From assembly GCA_001189195.1 (NCBI GenBank), contig LFCQ01000006.1, positions 122,841 through 170,134 on the forward strand: 47,294 nt of DNA, given 5' to 3'. Below are positions 38,740-47,294 of the stretch, piece by piece. Each line of letters starts with the position of its first letter. The stretch's first letter is position 1. A program made the position numbers and the translations under genes. The notes beneath the pieces are model-generated. The model saw only the letters and a program-made list of their open reading frames with translations. It had not been told where the DNA came from and did no database searches. Origin of the DNA: Parcubacteria bacterium C7867-007. Its GTDB lineage: Bacteria; Patescibacteriota; Minisyncoccia; Phycocordibacterales; Phycocordibacteraceae.

Positions 38740-38825
38740 TCTTGCTCTGTCGGTAAGCTCTTCGCAATTGCCAAAAGTCTGATAGGGTCTTGGGCGATAG
38801 CGCATATGGGGCTATCATGTTCCTG

Positions 38826-39030
38826 TTAGCCAAGACCTAACCCCTAGGATTCCAATCCTAGGATATGGTCGAAAATCCTAGTAGAGATCAAAGGACTCCC
38901 AGTCAGAGTCACTCTACTAGGTCATATCTGGAAACAGGTATGGGTCTGGCCGAAAGGTTGGATCGCGATGGCTGGGAGCCTTTTGATTATCTCTTGGGGC
39001 TCTCTGCTACTTAAAAACCTAGTAGAAAAT
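38826..39030 (+). ncRNA. Candidate structured RNA / 5' leader
   Basis: Multiple stems including an 18-bp helix, two GAAA-tetraloop hairpins and G-U pairs; family not recognised. Confidence 0.55.
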
Positions 39031-39038
39031 AATTACGT

Positions 39039-39518
39039 ATGGATACGCCAACAGCGTCCGCAAAGAAACCTCTTCTTAAGAAGTGGTGGGTCTGGGTACT
39101 TATCGTACTCGGCATCTTTATTATCATAGGTTCGATAGGCGGCTCTGATTCTTCAAGTTCAGGAAGCCAGAGCGCGAAGGAGGAAGTGAAGGTCGAGCCA
39201 GCTCTTACGGTCACGGCTTTCAAAATGGCTGCCGAGTACAAGGAAAACGAAGTCGCTGCAGACGCAAAGTACAAGGGCAAGCTCGTCGAAATATCAGGCA
39301 GCGTAGATACCATCGGCAAAGATGTTCTCGATACGCCGTTTATCGCCTTCTCAACTGAAAATCAGTACGAGATCATCAATCGAATTCAGTGTATGTTTGG
39401 AAAGAACGATGTGGAAGTGCTCTCAAGTGTCTCCAAGGGTCAGAAGATTACCCTTCGCGGTACTGTCTCCGGTGCTCTCGGAAACATCATTGTTAAAGAT
39501 TGCGAAATCATAGAGTAG
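39039..39518 (+). CDS. Membrane-anchored OB-fold protein (tRNA_anti-like)
   Basis: KKWWVW + TM, YKENEVAADAKYKGKLVEISGSV, KGQKITLRG, VKDC. Confidence 0.8.
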   Translation: MDTPTASAKKPLLKKWWVWVLIVLGIFIIIGSIGGSDSSSSGSQSAKEEVKVEPALTVTAFKMAAEYKENEVAADAKYKGKLVEISGSVDTIGKDVLDTPFIAFSTENQYEIINRIQCMFGKNDVEVLSSVSKGQKITLRGTVSGALGNIIVKDCEIIE

Positions 39519-41036
39519 CTAGAACCGGCTGTTAAATCCGAGTGGATACCACGGCCCTTCGCCATCGTCCCAGATGCTGTTTCTTCCGAGGTCGATAACA
39601 GTGATACGTGGTGTCGCTCTTCCATAGTGCTCAAGCCCATGATGGGCGAGAATCGTAAATGCATCGACTAGGTCGTCGTGCCGCTCTATGCCAAACCCTA
39701 CGAGCTGCCGGATCAGCTCCTCGCATCCATGCTTCGGGAACTTAATCTTTCCGTTCTGGATGAGCGCAGAAACCGTCATGAGTCGGGAACGTTTGTCGCC
39801 TGATACTTTTACTCCCTTGGCCCCGTATACGTCATGGGCGAGCTGGTCGAGGACCGCTTTCTGGTATCCGACCTCCTCAACCAAAATCTCGACTCGGTTG
39901 TATATCTTTTTGTTGGCGTGATACACCGCTTTGATCTGGTCGATAGTCTGCGGAAACGTAAGACGCTTGTTGATAGGGTTTGGTAGAACGTACAGACAAA
40001 ACTTATCTTCGTGCCCGCTTATGATGCCGGAGACCATCGCCGTGTAATCAGCGGTCTCTTTCTGCGAGATGGCGAGGTCGATACCTACTCCTATATCGAT
40101 AAAGTTTCGTGTTGATTCGGGAATCCCATCGTAGTAGTGAATCCAGTCAGGGTGTATGACCTGATCTTCGTCTGGGACGATATTCAGGAGGTACTCTCGC
40201 TGCCAAGCATACGGATTGCCGCTTTTCTTCCGCTCTACTTCTATATCGGCCATGGTCGGGTATTTCCCCGGCCAAGCGATCTTTTGTGATTCCGAGAGTA
40301 ATGGAAACATCTTGAATACACCTTCACGCTGACCTTCATCAATATCCTTCTTGAGATGCATCACGAGTGAATCCTCATGGAGTAGGTTTCCGATAACGAT
40401 AAGGCGCGTATTCAGTCCGCCGCCTGGTATCACTTCGCCTGTGAGCCAGTGATAGGTTTTCTGCCTTGATTCATAGGTCCGAACGGATTGCAGGTCTTCG
40501 ATGTCGTCGCAGATGATGAGATCCGGGCGATGCTGATTGTGCCGAAGTCCGCGAATACTCTGTTCCATGGACGCGACCGTAATACGTGCGCCAGTATTCG
40601 AGAATACCAAGGACGACGAACCCCATTCGTCGCTTTCTTCTTCAAAGGGCCCCAAGTCACTCTTGAGTAAAGAGTTGCTCTCAAGCTCACGCTTCAAGTT
40701 CATCATGTGCTGCTTGGCCTGAGTACGGGTTTGGAAGAACATTAGTACGAACTTCTTTTGCTGGATACCAAGAATTGACCACAGCGAGTACGAGAACGTG
40801 ACGAGCGTAGATTTACCCGAACCACGGAACGCGACGATGACGGCAAGTTTGTTCTCGCTGTCCTCGGTTATGCGGAAGATGTCTTTCTGGAACTCCGCTA
40901 TCGGGTACTGGACGTAGTGCGAGAAGTACACGTAGAAAAACATGAGGTGCGATTGCCGCGTGACGTGCTGGCGCACCGCGCGGTTCTTCGTGAGTTCCTC
41001 GAATGCATCGTCATCAAGAGGGCTGTTCTGGCTCAT
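39519..41036 (-). CDS. Phage terminase large subunit-like protein
   Basis: Walker A AFRGSGKST, IRGLR, Walker B IICDDIED, IGN coupling motif, QREY, RNase H-like GIDLAIS...DYTA, VEEVGYQ, DKRSR, HDDLVDA. Confidence 0.9.
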   Translation of the reverse strand: MSQNSPLDDDAFEELTKNRAVRQHVTRQSHLMFFYVYFSHYVQYPIAEFQKDIFRITEDSENKLAVIVAFRGSGKSTLVTFSYSLWSILGIQQKKFVLMFFQTRTQAKQHMMNLKRELESNSLLKSDLGPFEEESDEWGSSSLVFSNTGARITVASMEQSIRGLRHNQHRPDLIICDDIEDLQSVRTYESRQKTYHWLTGEVIPGGGLNTRLIVIGNLLHEDSLVMHLKKDIDEGQREGVFKMFPLLSESQKIAWPGKYPTMADIEVERKKSGNPYAWQREYLLNIVPDEDQVIHPDWIHYYDGIPESTRNFIDIGVGIDLAISQKETADYTAMVSGIISGHEDKFCLYVLPNPINKRLTFPQTIDQIKAVYHANKKIYNRVEILVEEVGYQKAVLDQLAHDVYGAKGVKVSGDKRSRLMTVSALIQNGKIKFPKHGCEELIRQLVGFGIERHDDLVDAFTILAHHGLEHYGRATPRITVIDLGRNSIWDDGEGPWYPLGFNSRF

Positions 41037-41421
41037 GAGGCTTAAGCGTTAAGTTCGCAAGCGACAACGCCTTATGGACGAGTTCTTTCTGCTCGTCCGA
41101 AAGTTCCTGAATTGTGTTCACGGTCCCTTCGATCTGCACTTTGGTGCGATACGAAGGATGGTTGTGTTTCAGCCATCCCATAACTGCGGTCATATTCCGG
41201 TCTTTGATAGCACCGATGAGCTGACCTTCTGCTAGATCGTTCACCATGAGTCTGCCTTCGAGCAGAGCGTCGTCCACGCTCTTTGCGAAGTCCGCATTCT
41301 CCGCTCGCCATCGGTATAAGGTCACACGGCTGATGCCGACCTTCTCGCATCCGACCTGAAGGATTGGTGTCTTGCGGAGTTGTTCAAGAAGCGCGGCTTT
41401 TGAGGCGTCCGACTTTTTCAT
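41014..41421 (-). CDS. Terminase small subunit-like HTH protein
   Basis: LLEQLRKTPILQVGCEKVGISRVTLYRWRAENADF HTH; AVMGWLK; overlaps the TerL start. Confidence 0.72.
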   Translation of the reverse strand: MKKSDASKAALLEQLRKTPILQVGCEKVGISRVTLYRWRAENADFAKSVDDALLEGRLMVNDLAEGQLIGAIKDRNMTAVMGWLKHNHPSYRTKVQIEGTVNTIQELSDEQKELVHKALSLANLTLKPHEPEQPS

Positions 41422-42689
41422 ACCTTCACAGCCTTCTGGCCAGTTAGCCTCTCATAGCGGCGAATGATGAGATCTACGAAGATTGGCTCGCGCTCAATCA
41501 GGTATGCAGACCGCTTCAACTGCTCGCACGCAATCAAAAGACTGCCTGAACCACCAAAGCAGTCGAGGATGATGTCAGAGGGCTTGGTACAGCGCCTCAG
41601 CGCCCTCTCATGGAGCACAGGCGGCTTCTCGGTCGGGTGTTGATATCCAGTCCCATTCAGCCGCTTTACGAGCCAGATATCGAGGAGGTCATAGATGTCT
41701 TCAAGAGTCTGATTTCCCGTGCCGATCTCCTTGTTCAGGATTTCGGAGAGATTCAGCACCTTGTCCGAGAGGTACGGCTTGCCGATTGTGCCGTACACGC
41801 ACGGCTCGTACTGCTTGTTGAACGCGCTATGCGGCGTAGGTGAGGAGTTATTCTTAATCCAGAGGCACACCCGCTTGTTCGCGATGCCGGATTCCTGATA
41901 CAGGCTCTGCAAGAGCCAGATGTACCGCTGGTCGCAGTAGGTGAAAACGTGCGCGTCTTTCTTGGTAACAGCAATCGCGTTCTTGAGACAGGAAGCGAGA
42001 AATGCTTTGTATGCCTTGTCGGTGAGGGAATCATCGACAGTGCCGCCATACGACTTCTTGCCGCCTACGCCTTTGTCGTACGAAAGCCCGATGTTGTATG
42101 GCGGGTCGGTCAGGATGGTGTCGGCTTTCTTTCCGGCCATGAGTCGTGCAAACGTATCAGGGTCGGTACTGTCCCCGCAGATGAGACGGTGCGAGCCGAG
42201 CTGGTATAAATCGCCGGTCTTTGCTTTTGGTTTCTTAATCTTTGCTAACTCCTTCTCGACATCAAACTCATCATGCTCGACCTCAAGATCGTCGAAGAGA
42301 TGCGACAGATCGGTATCATCGAAGCCGCTCGCAAGCAGGGTCTCGACATCGAACTCGTCCACGAGTTTTTGCCAGTCCCAGTCTCCGTGGATACGGTTAG
42401 AACCGAGGAGGTACTGGTCGTACTCTTTCTTCGTGAGCTTGCGGTTCGGCACACGGACCGAAATAGTCTCTTTCTCGCGTCCGAGGAGTTTCAAAACCAT
42501 GAGCCGCTGGTGCCCAGCGATCACGGTGTTGTTCTTGTCGATCACAGGAAGTTCTACGAGATCGAACTTCCTGAGACTCTTCTTCAAGTCTTCGATCTGT
42601 TTTGCGCTCATAGTGCGCGGGTTTCTGATATTAGGCACAAGGTCGGCGATCTTGCGGTTCTGGGTAGTCCAGGAGAGTTTTGCTGGCAT
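41418..42689 (-). CDS. ParB-like domain + N6/N4 DNA methyltransferase (beta order)
   Basis: NPRTM...IAGHQR (ParB-like), HRLICGDST, TDPPYN, HPTEKP, LDCFGGSGS. Confidence 0.92.
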   Translation of the reverse strand: MPAKLSWTTQNRKIADLVPNIRNPRTMSAKQIEDLKKSLRKFDLVELPVIDKNNTVIAGHQRLMVLKLLGREKETISVRVPNRKLTKKEYDQYLLGSNRIHGDWDWQKLVDEFDVETLLASGFDDTDLSHLFDDLEVEHDEFDVEKELAKIKKPKAKTGDLYQLGSHRLICGDSTDPDTFARLMAGKKADTILTDPPYNIGLSYDKGVGGKKSYGGTVDDSLTDKAYKAFLASCLKNAIAVTKKDAHVFTYCDQRYIWLLQSLYQESGIANKRVCLWIKNNSSPTPHSAFNKQYEPCVYGTIGKPYLSDKVLNLSEILNKEIGTGNQTLEDIYDLLDIWLVKRLNGTGYQHPTEKPPVLHERALRRCTKPSDIILDCFGGSGSLLIACEQLKRSAYLIEREPIFVDLIIRRYERLTGQKAVKV

Positions 42690-42849
42690 ATGAGTAAAAT
42701 GATGAATAAGCAGATTGCTCTGTACATCCAGCAAACCAACAATTTCATTTGCTCGACACGCCCGTTATCGTGAACGGAAAGAGAAATACCGCTCGTAATT
42801 GAGCCGTATTTCAAATCTTATCCACCGTCACGATGGCGTCCGGATGGCC

Positions 42850-43494
42850 TTAGGTGCGATGGATGAACACTTCGGGATTTAACATGTATCCAGATCCGCG
42901 ACGAGCGATAACAATCCGCTCCTTAATACCGAGCTGCTTCCTTGCCTCACCGTTGATGCCTTGCACCATCTTTCGTATAGCGTCCGTGCTATTACGACCG
43001 AGTTCTTCTCTCAGAGTTTCGGTAGCTATAGGCTGACGAGCACTCATTAGACGTACAAAGAGCCGTCTTCGCCCCTTGTCTTCAAACGCATATACGCGCC
43101 GCACATTAGAAACGGTCTTGGAAAGAATGGCCTGACGAGCATCAAAGGTGAGATCCGTGTCGGGAATCCGTACGGTTGTCACCAACTTAGCAGCTGTTAC
43201 CTCTGGCTTTGATTCAACCTCGGTCTGGGTAAAGATTCTGCTAGGGTATTCAACCGTTGGAATTGAATAGAAGCTCACCGACTCTCGCAGACGAGCCATT
43301 GTCTCAAGGGTAGGCCGCATAGACTCTGCCAAAGCCTGTATTGTTTTAAACATTGGCGCATATGACTCATTTATACGATCAGCTAGCTGGGTCATTTGGG
43401 CTATTGCCGGGGCAACGCGCATCATCGCTCGCTGCTGCTCTTCAAAAGCTCGCGCGAGGCTATTCTCGGAGATGGTTAGTAATGCGCCTGTCAT
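42850..43494 (-). CDS. Hypothetical protein with C-terminal winged-HTH (OmpR/PhoB-like)
   Basis: ETLREELG...AIRKMVQGIN...IVIARRGSGYML; helical low-complexity N-terminus. Confidence 0.6.
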   Translation of the reverse strand: MTGALLTISENSLARAFEEQQRAMMRVAPAIAQMTQLADRINESYAPMFKTIQALAESMRPTLETMARLRESVSFYSIPTVEYPSRIFTQTEVESKPEVTAAKLVTTVRIPDTDLTFDARQAILSKTVSNVRRVYAFEDKGRRRLFVRLMSARQPIATETLREELGRNSTDAIRKMVQGINGEARKQLGIKERIVIARRGSGYMLNPEVFIHRT

Positions 43495-43653
43495 ACCTAA
43501 ATATTACGCTACATAGTGGGGATAGGGCAACGAATGTAACGCGTACAAACTGGCCCTTTGGTGTTACATTTTATATCAATGAGGAACCCGTCCGACCCCC
43601 ATCGTTTTGCCGAATCTCAGATTAGCCGTAGGGCCCTTGTGGGGCTTGGTATC

Positions 43654-43680
43654 CTGGGGTTCTAGTCCGACCCTGCCCGC
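43654..43680 (+). repeat. Degenerate tRNA-Ser 3'-end copy (possible attR)
   Basis: ctggggttctagtccgaccctgcccgc versus cgggagttcgaatctccccctctccgc (21403-21429), 18/27 identical ungapped by hand; followed by hairpin ~43692-43719. Confidence 0.4.
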
Positions 43681-43728
43681 ACTCAAACAGTCATGGCCCA
43701 CCAGAAATGGCGGGCCATGTGAATACAA

Positions 43729-44013
43729 TCAATGGTCTTTCTCGATGAGCTCTCCGGTCTGAAGAAGTGGATGCCAGGTGATGGTGTGTGACGTGGGTGT
43801 ACGCACGGTACCGTCCACAACCGAACCTTGCAGTTCAATCGCCCCATTTACATCAGGACGGCTGATGGAGAACACACTGAAGATCACCTCCTCACCATCT
43901 ACTTGAGTGAACCTGAGAAGCAGTTCTTTGGTCTTTATGTCGAGAAACCGTTCCAGCATACGGTTCAGGCCCGAACGATTAGGACCGAACTTGAGTTTTG
44001 TTTTGCGGATCAT
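43729..44013 (-). CDS. Hypothetical protein
   Basis: 94-aa ORF with GGGAG RBS and downstream hairpin. Confidence 0.55.
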   Translation of the reverse strand: MIRKTKLKFGPNRSGLNRMLERFLDIKTKELLLRFTQVDGEEVIFSVFSISRPDVNGAIELQGSVVDGTVRTPTSHTITWHPLLQTGELIEKDH

Positions 44014-44105
44014 GACCAGCTCCCGTTTTCTGGTTGAATAGTGCCCTAAGAGGCTAATAACGCAAGGAACACGAAGATGTTGGGTTGCTAGGCTACACTA
44101 GTAGC

Positions 44106-44669
44106 ATGATTTCTTCTGTGGAGTGGCTACAACTTGTATTCAGTGTTTTGTTTGTTCTTCTGGCCATTAGGTTCATTTGGGGAATGATGCGTATTGGTAC
44201 GGTATCGCCATTTATACGAACACGTACTCAAGTGGCAGAGGAAGTTGCTGCAGTATTTGGAACCCTTCCCACAGGAAGTACTCTCATTGATCCAGGGTGT
44301 GGAGATGGGCGTGTACTATTTGCTATAGCGAAACAGAATCCACACACTCACTTCATTGGTATTGAGCTTCGACTTCTTCCATACCTGCTCGCTCTGCATA
44401 AAAGGAAGAGGGAAAAGAACACAACAATTGATTTTGTACATGGGAACTTCTCTCAGCACGATCTATCCTGCGCAACACATATGTATACCTATCTGTACCC
44501 GCATGTGATGGATGACTTGCTACCAAAACTGGAAAAGGAACTGCAGCCCGGTACCCAACTCATTTCACTTGATTTCTCGTTTTCTATGAAGGAGGCAGTA
44601 CGTACCATTCCACTCTTAAGTGCTGAAGAAGGGAAGCTGGGCAGACTCTTATATGTGTATCAATTCTGA
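44106..44669 (+). CDS. Class I SAM-dependent methyltransferase with N-terminal TM
   Basis: SPF, LIDPGCGDGRVL, GIE, YTYL, KLEKELQPG. Confidence 0.85.
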   Translation: MISSVEWLQLVFSVLFVLLAIRFIWGMMRIGTVSPFIRTRTQVAEEVAAVFGTLPTGSTLIDPGCGDGRVLFAIAKQNPHTHFIGIELRLLPYLLALHKRKREKNTTIDFVHGNFSQHDLSCATHMYTYLYPHVMDDLLPKLEKELQPGTQLISLDFSFSMKEAVRTIPLLSAEEGKLGRLLYVYQF

Positions 44670-44808
44670 TATCTAGTCATATATAGCTAGACAGATTAAG
44701 CCGTGTTGCCCTTTGCGTACAGGTACGTATACTGAGACTATCGGTCGAATCATTGCCAGCCAACCCTGGGCTGGCCTTTGCCTTTCAAAGGCCTCCCGAA
44801 AAACACCT

Positions 44809-44949
44809 ATGATTGAAGATGAAATCAAGCCTGTAGATGGAGAGGAAACTACTCCTGACATGGCAGAAGACGCTGAAGTTGTTGCTGAGGAAACTCCAGC
44901 AGTAGCAGAGGAGGGAATGGATAAGGGCGATGAGGAGGTTGTTGCGTAA
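44809..44949 (+). CDS. Small acidic low-complexity protein (46 aa)
   Basis: MIEDEIKPVDGEETTPDMAEDAEVVAEE...; TATACT promoter at ~44729 and palindromic terminator downstream. Confidence 0.55.
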   Translation: MIEDEIKPVDGEETTPDMAEDAEVVAEETPAVAEEGMDKGDEEVVA

Positions 44950-44969
44950 GCACTTCAACTCACACCCAC

Positions 44970-45009
44970 ATATAAAAACACCGCGAGCATGCTCGCGGTG
45001 TTTTTATAT
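44970..45009. terminator. 40-bp perfect palindrome / bidirectional terminator
   Basis: atataaaaacaccgcgagca|tgctcgcggtgtttttatat between convergent genes. Confidence 0.75.
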
Positions 45010-45016
45010 ATACCCG

Positions 45017-45940
45017 CTACTGCATCTTCACCCAGAGGTATATATCCTCAAGAGCCTTCACGGCATCCCCTGCAGCAATGTTGTTCTGATGATAGAGCTC
45101 ATCGGTACAATCCCCTGCAGCCCAGATACCCTCTACGCTTGTGTGCTGATTCTTAGGATCCGTTACGATACGTCCCACAGGATCAAGATCCACAAGACCT
45201 GCTGCAAAGCTCGTGCTTGGCATCACTCCGATTTCCACAAATACACCAGAGACAGGCAGAGTGGTTTCAACGCCGGTGGTACGCTCTTTGATCACAAGAC
45301 CTGTTACAAACTTCTCACCCTTGATCTCAATTGGTTCACTGTTGCAGATAGCCTTCATGTTCGGATGTGCTAGCACTTTTTCAATGGTGATAGCGTCACC
45401 CTTAAGCTCTCCATGGCGATGGATAAGGGTTACTGACTTCGCATACGCGAGGAGCTGTGCGGCAGTCTCAAGCCCTGCGTTTCCACCACCCACCACCGCA
45501 ACATCCATGCCCGAAAAAAGAGGACCGTCACAAGAAGCACAGTATGTGAGACCTTTATGCTCAAAGGTTTCAGCACCAGGAACCTGTAGTTTGCGACGTG
45601 ATGCACCTGAAGCAATGAGTACGGCTTTTGCATCAAACGCATCTCCTTTCGCTGTTACTGCACGGAATCCACCAGCAATCTTTTCAAGCATCGCAACATT
45701 AGAGCCTTCGTGAATAGAAACCACATCACCTGCATATGTCTCAAGGTGTTTCTTAAGAGACTTCTTTAAATCTTCCCCTGAGATAACGGGAGTACCAATC
45801 CAGTTCTCGATGCCCTCAGAAACGATAGATTGGCCTCCAAACTCTTCTGTTATAAGAACACTGCTAAGACGCTTACGCGCCGCATATACGCCTGCAGCAA
45901 CGCCTGCAGGTCCCCCTCCAATGATGATCAAGTCTTTCAT
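45017..45940 (-). CDS. trxB: Thioredoxin reductase / AhpF-like FAD oxidoreductase
   Basis: IIGGGPAG, YCASCDG, VVGGGNAG, GIWAAGD. Confidence 0.88.
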   Translation of the reverse strand: MKDLIIIGGGPAGVAAGVYAARKRLSSVLITEEFGGQSIVSEGIENWIGTPVISGEDLKKSLKKHLETYAGDVVSIHEGSNVAMLEKIAGGFRAVTAKGDAFDAKAVLIASGASRRKLQVPGAETFEHKGLTYCASCDGPLFSGMDVAVVGGGNAGLETAAQLLAYAKSVTLIHRHGELKGDAITIEKVLAHPNMKAICNSEPIEIKGEKFVTGLVIKERTTGVETTLPVSGVFVEIGVMPSTSFAAGLVDLDPVGRIVTDPKNQHTSVEGIWAAGDCTDELYHQNNIAAGDAVKALEDIYLWVKMQ

Positions 45941-45991
45941 GTACGAAGTATAGCAATGTAAAAGAAAAGCGCCCTGTGGAGGGCGCGTTTC

Positions 45992-47275
45992 TTATTTCTT
46001 GTGGCGGCGGAGGAAGCTTGGAATGGCACCCCAGGCGTCATCCTCATCCTCTATAACAGGAGGAGTGATAGGTTGTGCTGTGTCGCGTACCTTTGGCATT
46101 GCAGTAACTATAGGTTCTTCACGTTCACGGCGAGGAGGAAGGATAGGACCTTCGTCACTAACAGGTTCAGGCATCGGGGTTGGAAGGGGCACTACTGGTT
46201 CCTCACGGCGACCAAGTACGTCATTGAAAATCTTTCCACGACTCTCCTCCTGTTCCTTTGCAGGCATGGTGAAGAGAGAACGTTCGAAACCTCCGCTAAA
46301 TGCGCTTCCGCCATCCTGTTCTGGGAATCCTGTAGCGATAACAATGATGCGGATCTGGCCCTTCTTGAGTTTCTCATCGCGCATGATACCGAAGATAACC
46401 TTTGCTGTTTTATCAACGGACTCACCGATAACCTTAGCTGCTTCCTGCACCTCAAGGATACCCAGATCCTCAGAGCCTGCGACCACGAAGAGGATACCCT
46501 TAGCACCCGTGATAGAGACGTCGAGAAGTGGGGAATTAACCGCAGCTGCTGCAGCATCCTTTGCTCGGTTGTCGCCATCGGCAATACCAATACCCATGAG
46601 TGCTGGACCTGCACCCTCCATAATTGCTTTGATGTCGTTAAAGTCTGTATTGATTTCACCGGGAGTGGTGATGATATCTGAAACACCTTCCACTGCCTGA
46701 CGAAGGATTTCATCACAGAGTGCAAATGCATTCTTAGCAGATGTCTGTGCTTCTACAATTGAAAGAAGTTTGTCGTTTGGAATGATGAGATACGCATCCA
46801 CCTCCTTCTTAAGAAGTGCGAGACCATGTTCAGCGATTTCAGTGCGCTGCTGACCCTCGAAGGTGAAGGGCTTTGTTACAACAGCAACAGTGAGAGCACC
46901 GAGCTCCTTTGCAATCTTTGCAACAACACCCGCTGCACCGGTTCCGGTACCTCCACCCATACCGCAGGTGATGAAGACCATGTCTGAACCCTGGAGTGCT
47001 TCCTGGATTTCCTGACGAGTCTCATCTGCCGCACGGCGACCGAGTTCAGGATTCATGCCTGCACCCAGACCACGGGTCAGATTCTTGCCAATATGGATCT
47101 TTCGCTTTGCGAGGCTACGGTGTAGATCCTGGGCATCAGTGTTGATAGCGATGAATTCTACGCCCTTAACCTTGGAGTTGATCATGTGATTCACAGCATT
47201 GTTGCCAGAACCACCAACACCCACCACACGAATGCGGGCGAAGGTTTCTATTTCAGGAGTAACGCGCTTGGACAT
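45992..47275 (-). CDS. ftsZ: Cell division protein FtsZ
   Basis: [33 protein letters not shown]-terminal IPSFLRR. Confidence 0.97.
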   Translation of the reverse strand: MSKRVTPEIETFARIRVVGVGGSGNNAVNHMINSKVKGVEFIAINTDAQDLHRSLAKRKIHIGKNLTRGLGAGMNPELGRRAADETRQEIQEALQGSDMVFITCGMGGGTGTGAAGVVAKIAKELGALTVAVVTKPFTFEGQQRTEIAEHGLALLKKEVDAYLIIPNDKLLSIVEAQTSAKNAFALCDEILRQAVEGVSDIITTPGEINTDFNDIKAIMEGAGPALMGIGIADGDNRAKDAAAAAVNSPLLDVSITGAKGILFVVAGSEDLGILEVQEAAKVIGESVDKTAKVIFGIMRDEKLKKGQIRIIVIATGFPEQDGGSAFSGGFERSLFTMPAKEQEESRGKIFNDVLGRREEPVVPLPTPMPEPVSDEGPILPPRREREEPIVTAMPKVRDTAQPITPPVIEDEDDAWGAIPSFLRRHKK

Positions 47276-47294
47276 GTAGTGGTACGGATAAATT

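Larger units (their letters stand above)
21430..43680. mobile_element. tRNA-Ser-associated genomic island (large serine recombinase, terminase/MTase module, copper-resistance cargo)
   Basis: Begins at the tRNA 3' end; encodes recombinase and TerL; no housekeeping genes; degenerate tRNA-3'-like sequence at 43654-43680. Right boundary uncertain. Confidence 0.7.

Noticed and set aside
41941-42773. 250-aa and 166-aa plus-strand ORFs
   Set aside because: Antisense shadows of the ParB-methyltransferase
21430-43680. Complete prophage or conjugative element
   Set aside because: No recognisable portal, capsid, tail, holin, relaxase, VirB4/VirD4 or replication genes
43600-43682. Possible additional tRNA or tmRNA near the island right end
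   Set aside because: Only a T-arm-like fragment; no acceptor stem, D arm or anticodon arm can be folded
45999-46731. Long alternative ORFs (233, 226, 179 aa) over ftsZ
   Set aside because: Antisense or out-of-frame shadows of a conserved gene, with no motifs
1-47294. CRISPR array, rRNA, IS transposase, group I/II intron or intein (including in nrdJ and TerL)
   Set aside because: No regularly spaced repeats, rRNA signatures, DDE/HUH motifs or intein-type insertions seen; nrdJ and TerL have ordinary lengths

Overview
Bacterial chromosome segment in genetic code 11. It most resembles a reduced-genome Patescibacteria/CPR (Parcubacteria-like) organism; this is inferred from gene content, a truncated ValRS, and many apparently leaderless genes. 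Positions 1-21.4 kb and 43.7-47.3 kb are mostly housekeeping: class II RNR nrdJ, RNase P RNA, TPR membrane protein, murJ, lepA, FtsB-like protein, glutaredoxin, Hsp20, PrsW, valS, tsaD, DHH phosphoesterase, five tRNAs, trxB and ftsZ. A ~22 kb island starts at the 3' end of tRNA-Ser(CGA) (~21430) and appears to end at a degenerate tRNA-3'-end copy (~43680). Its minus-strand backbone is wHTH protein, ParB-DNA methyltransferase, small-terminase-like HTH, large terminase and a large serine recombinase, with no recognisable portal, capsid, tail, replication or conjugation genes. Its cargo is a DUF4238 gene, a CsoR/CopA copper-resistance cluster, CzcD, a sortase, a LysM-M23 peptidase and a highly structured ~200-nt non-coding RNA candidate. 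A second, ~0.9 kb att-bounded remnant sits at tRNA-Glu. All family calls are by motif recognition only; no searches were run.
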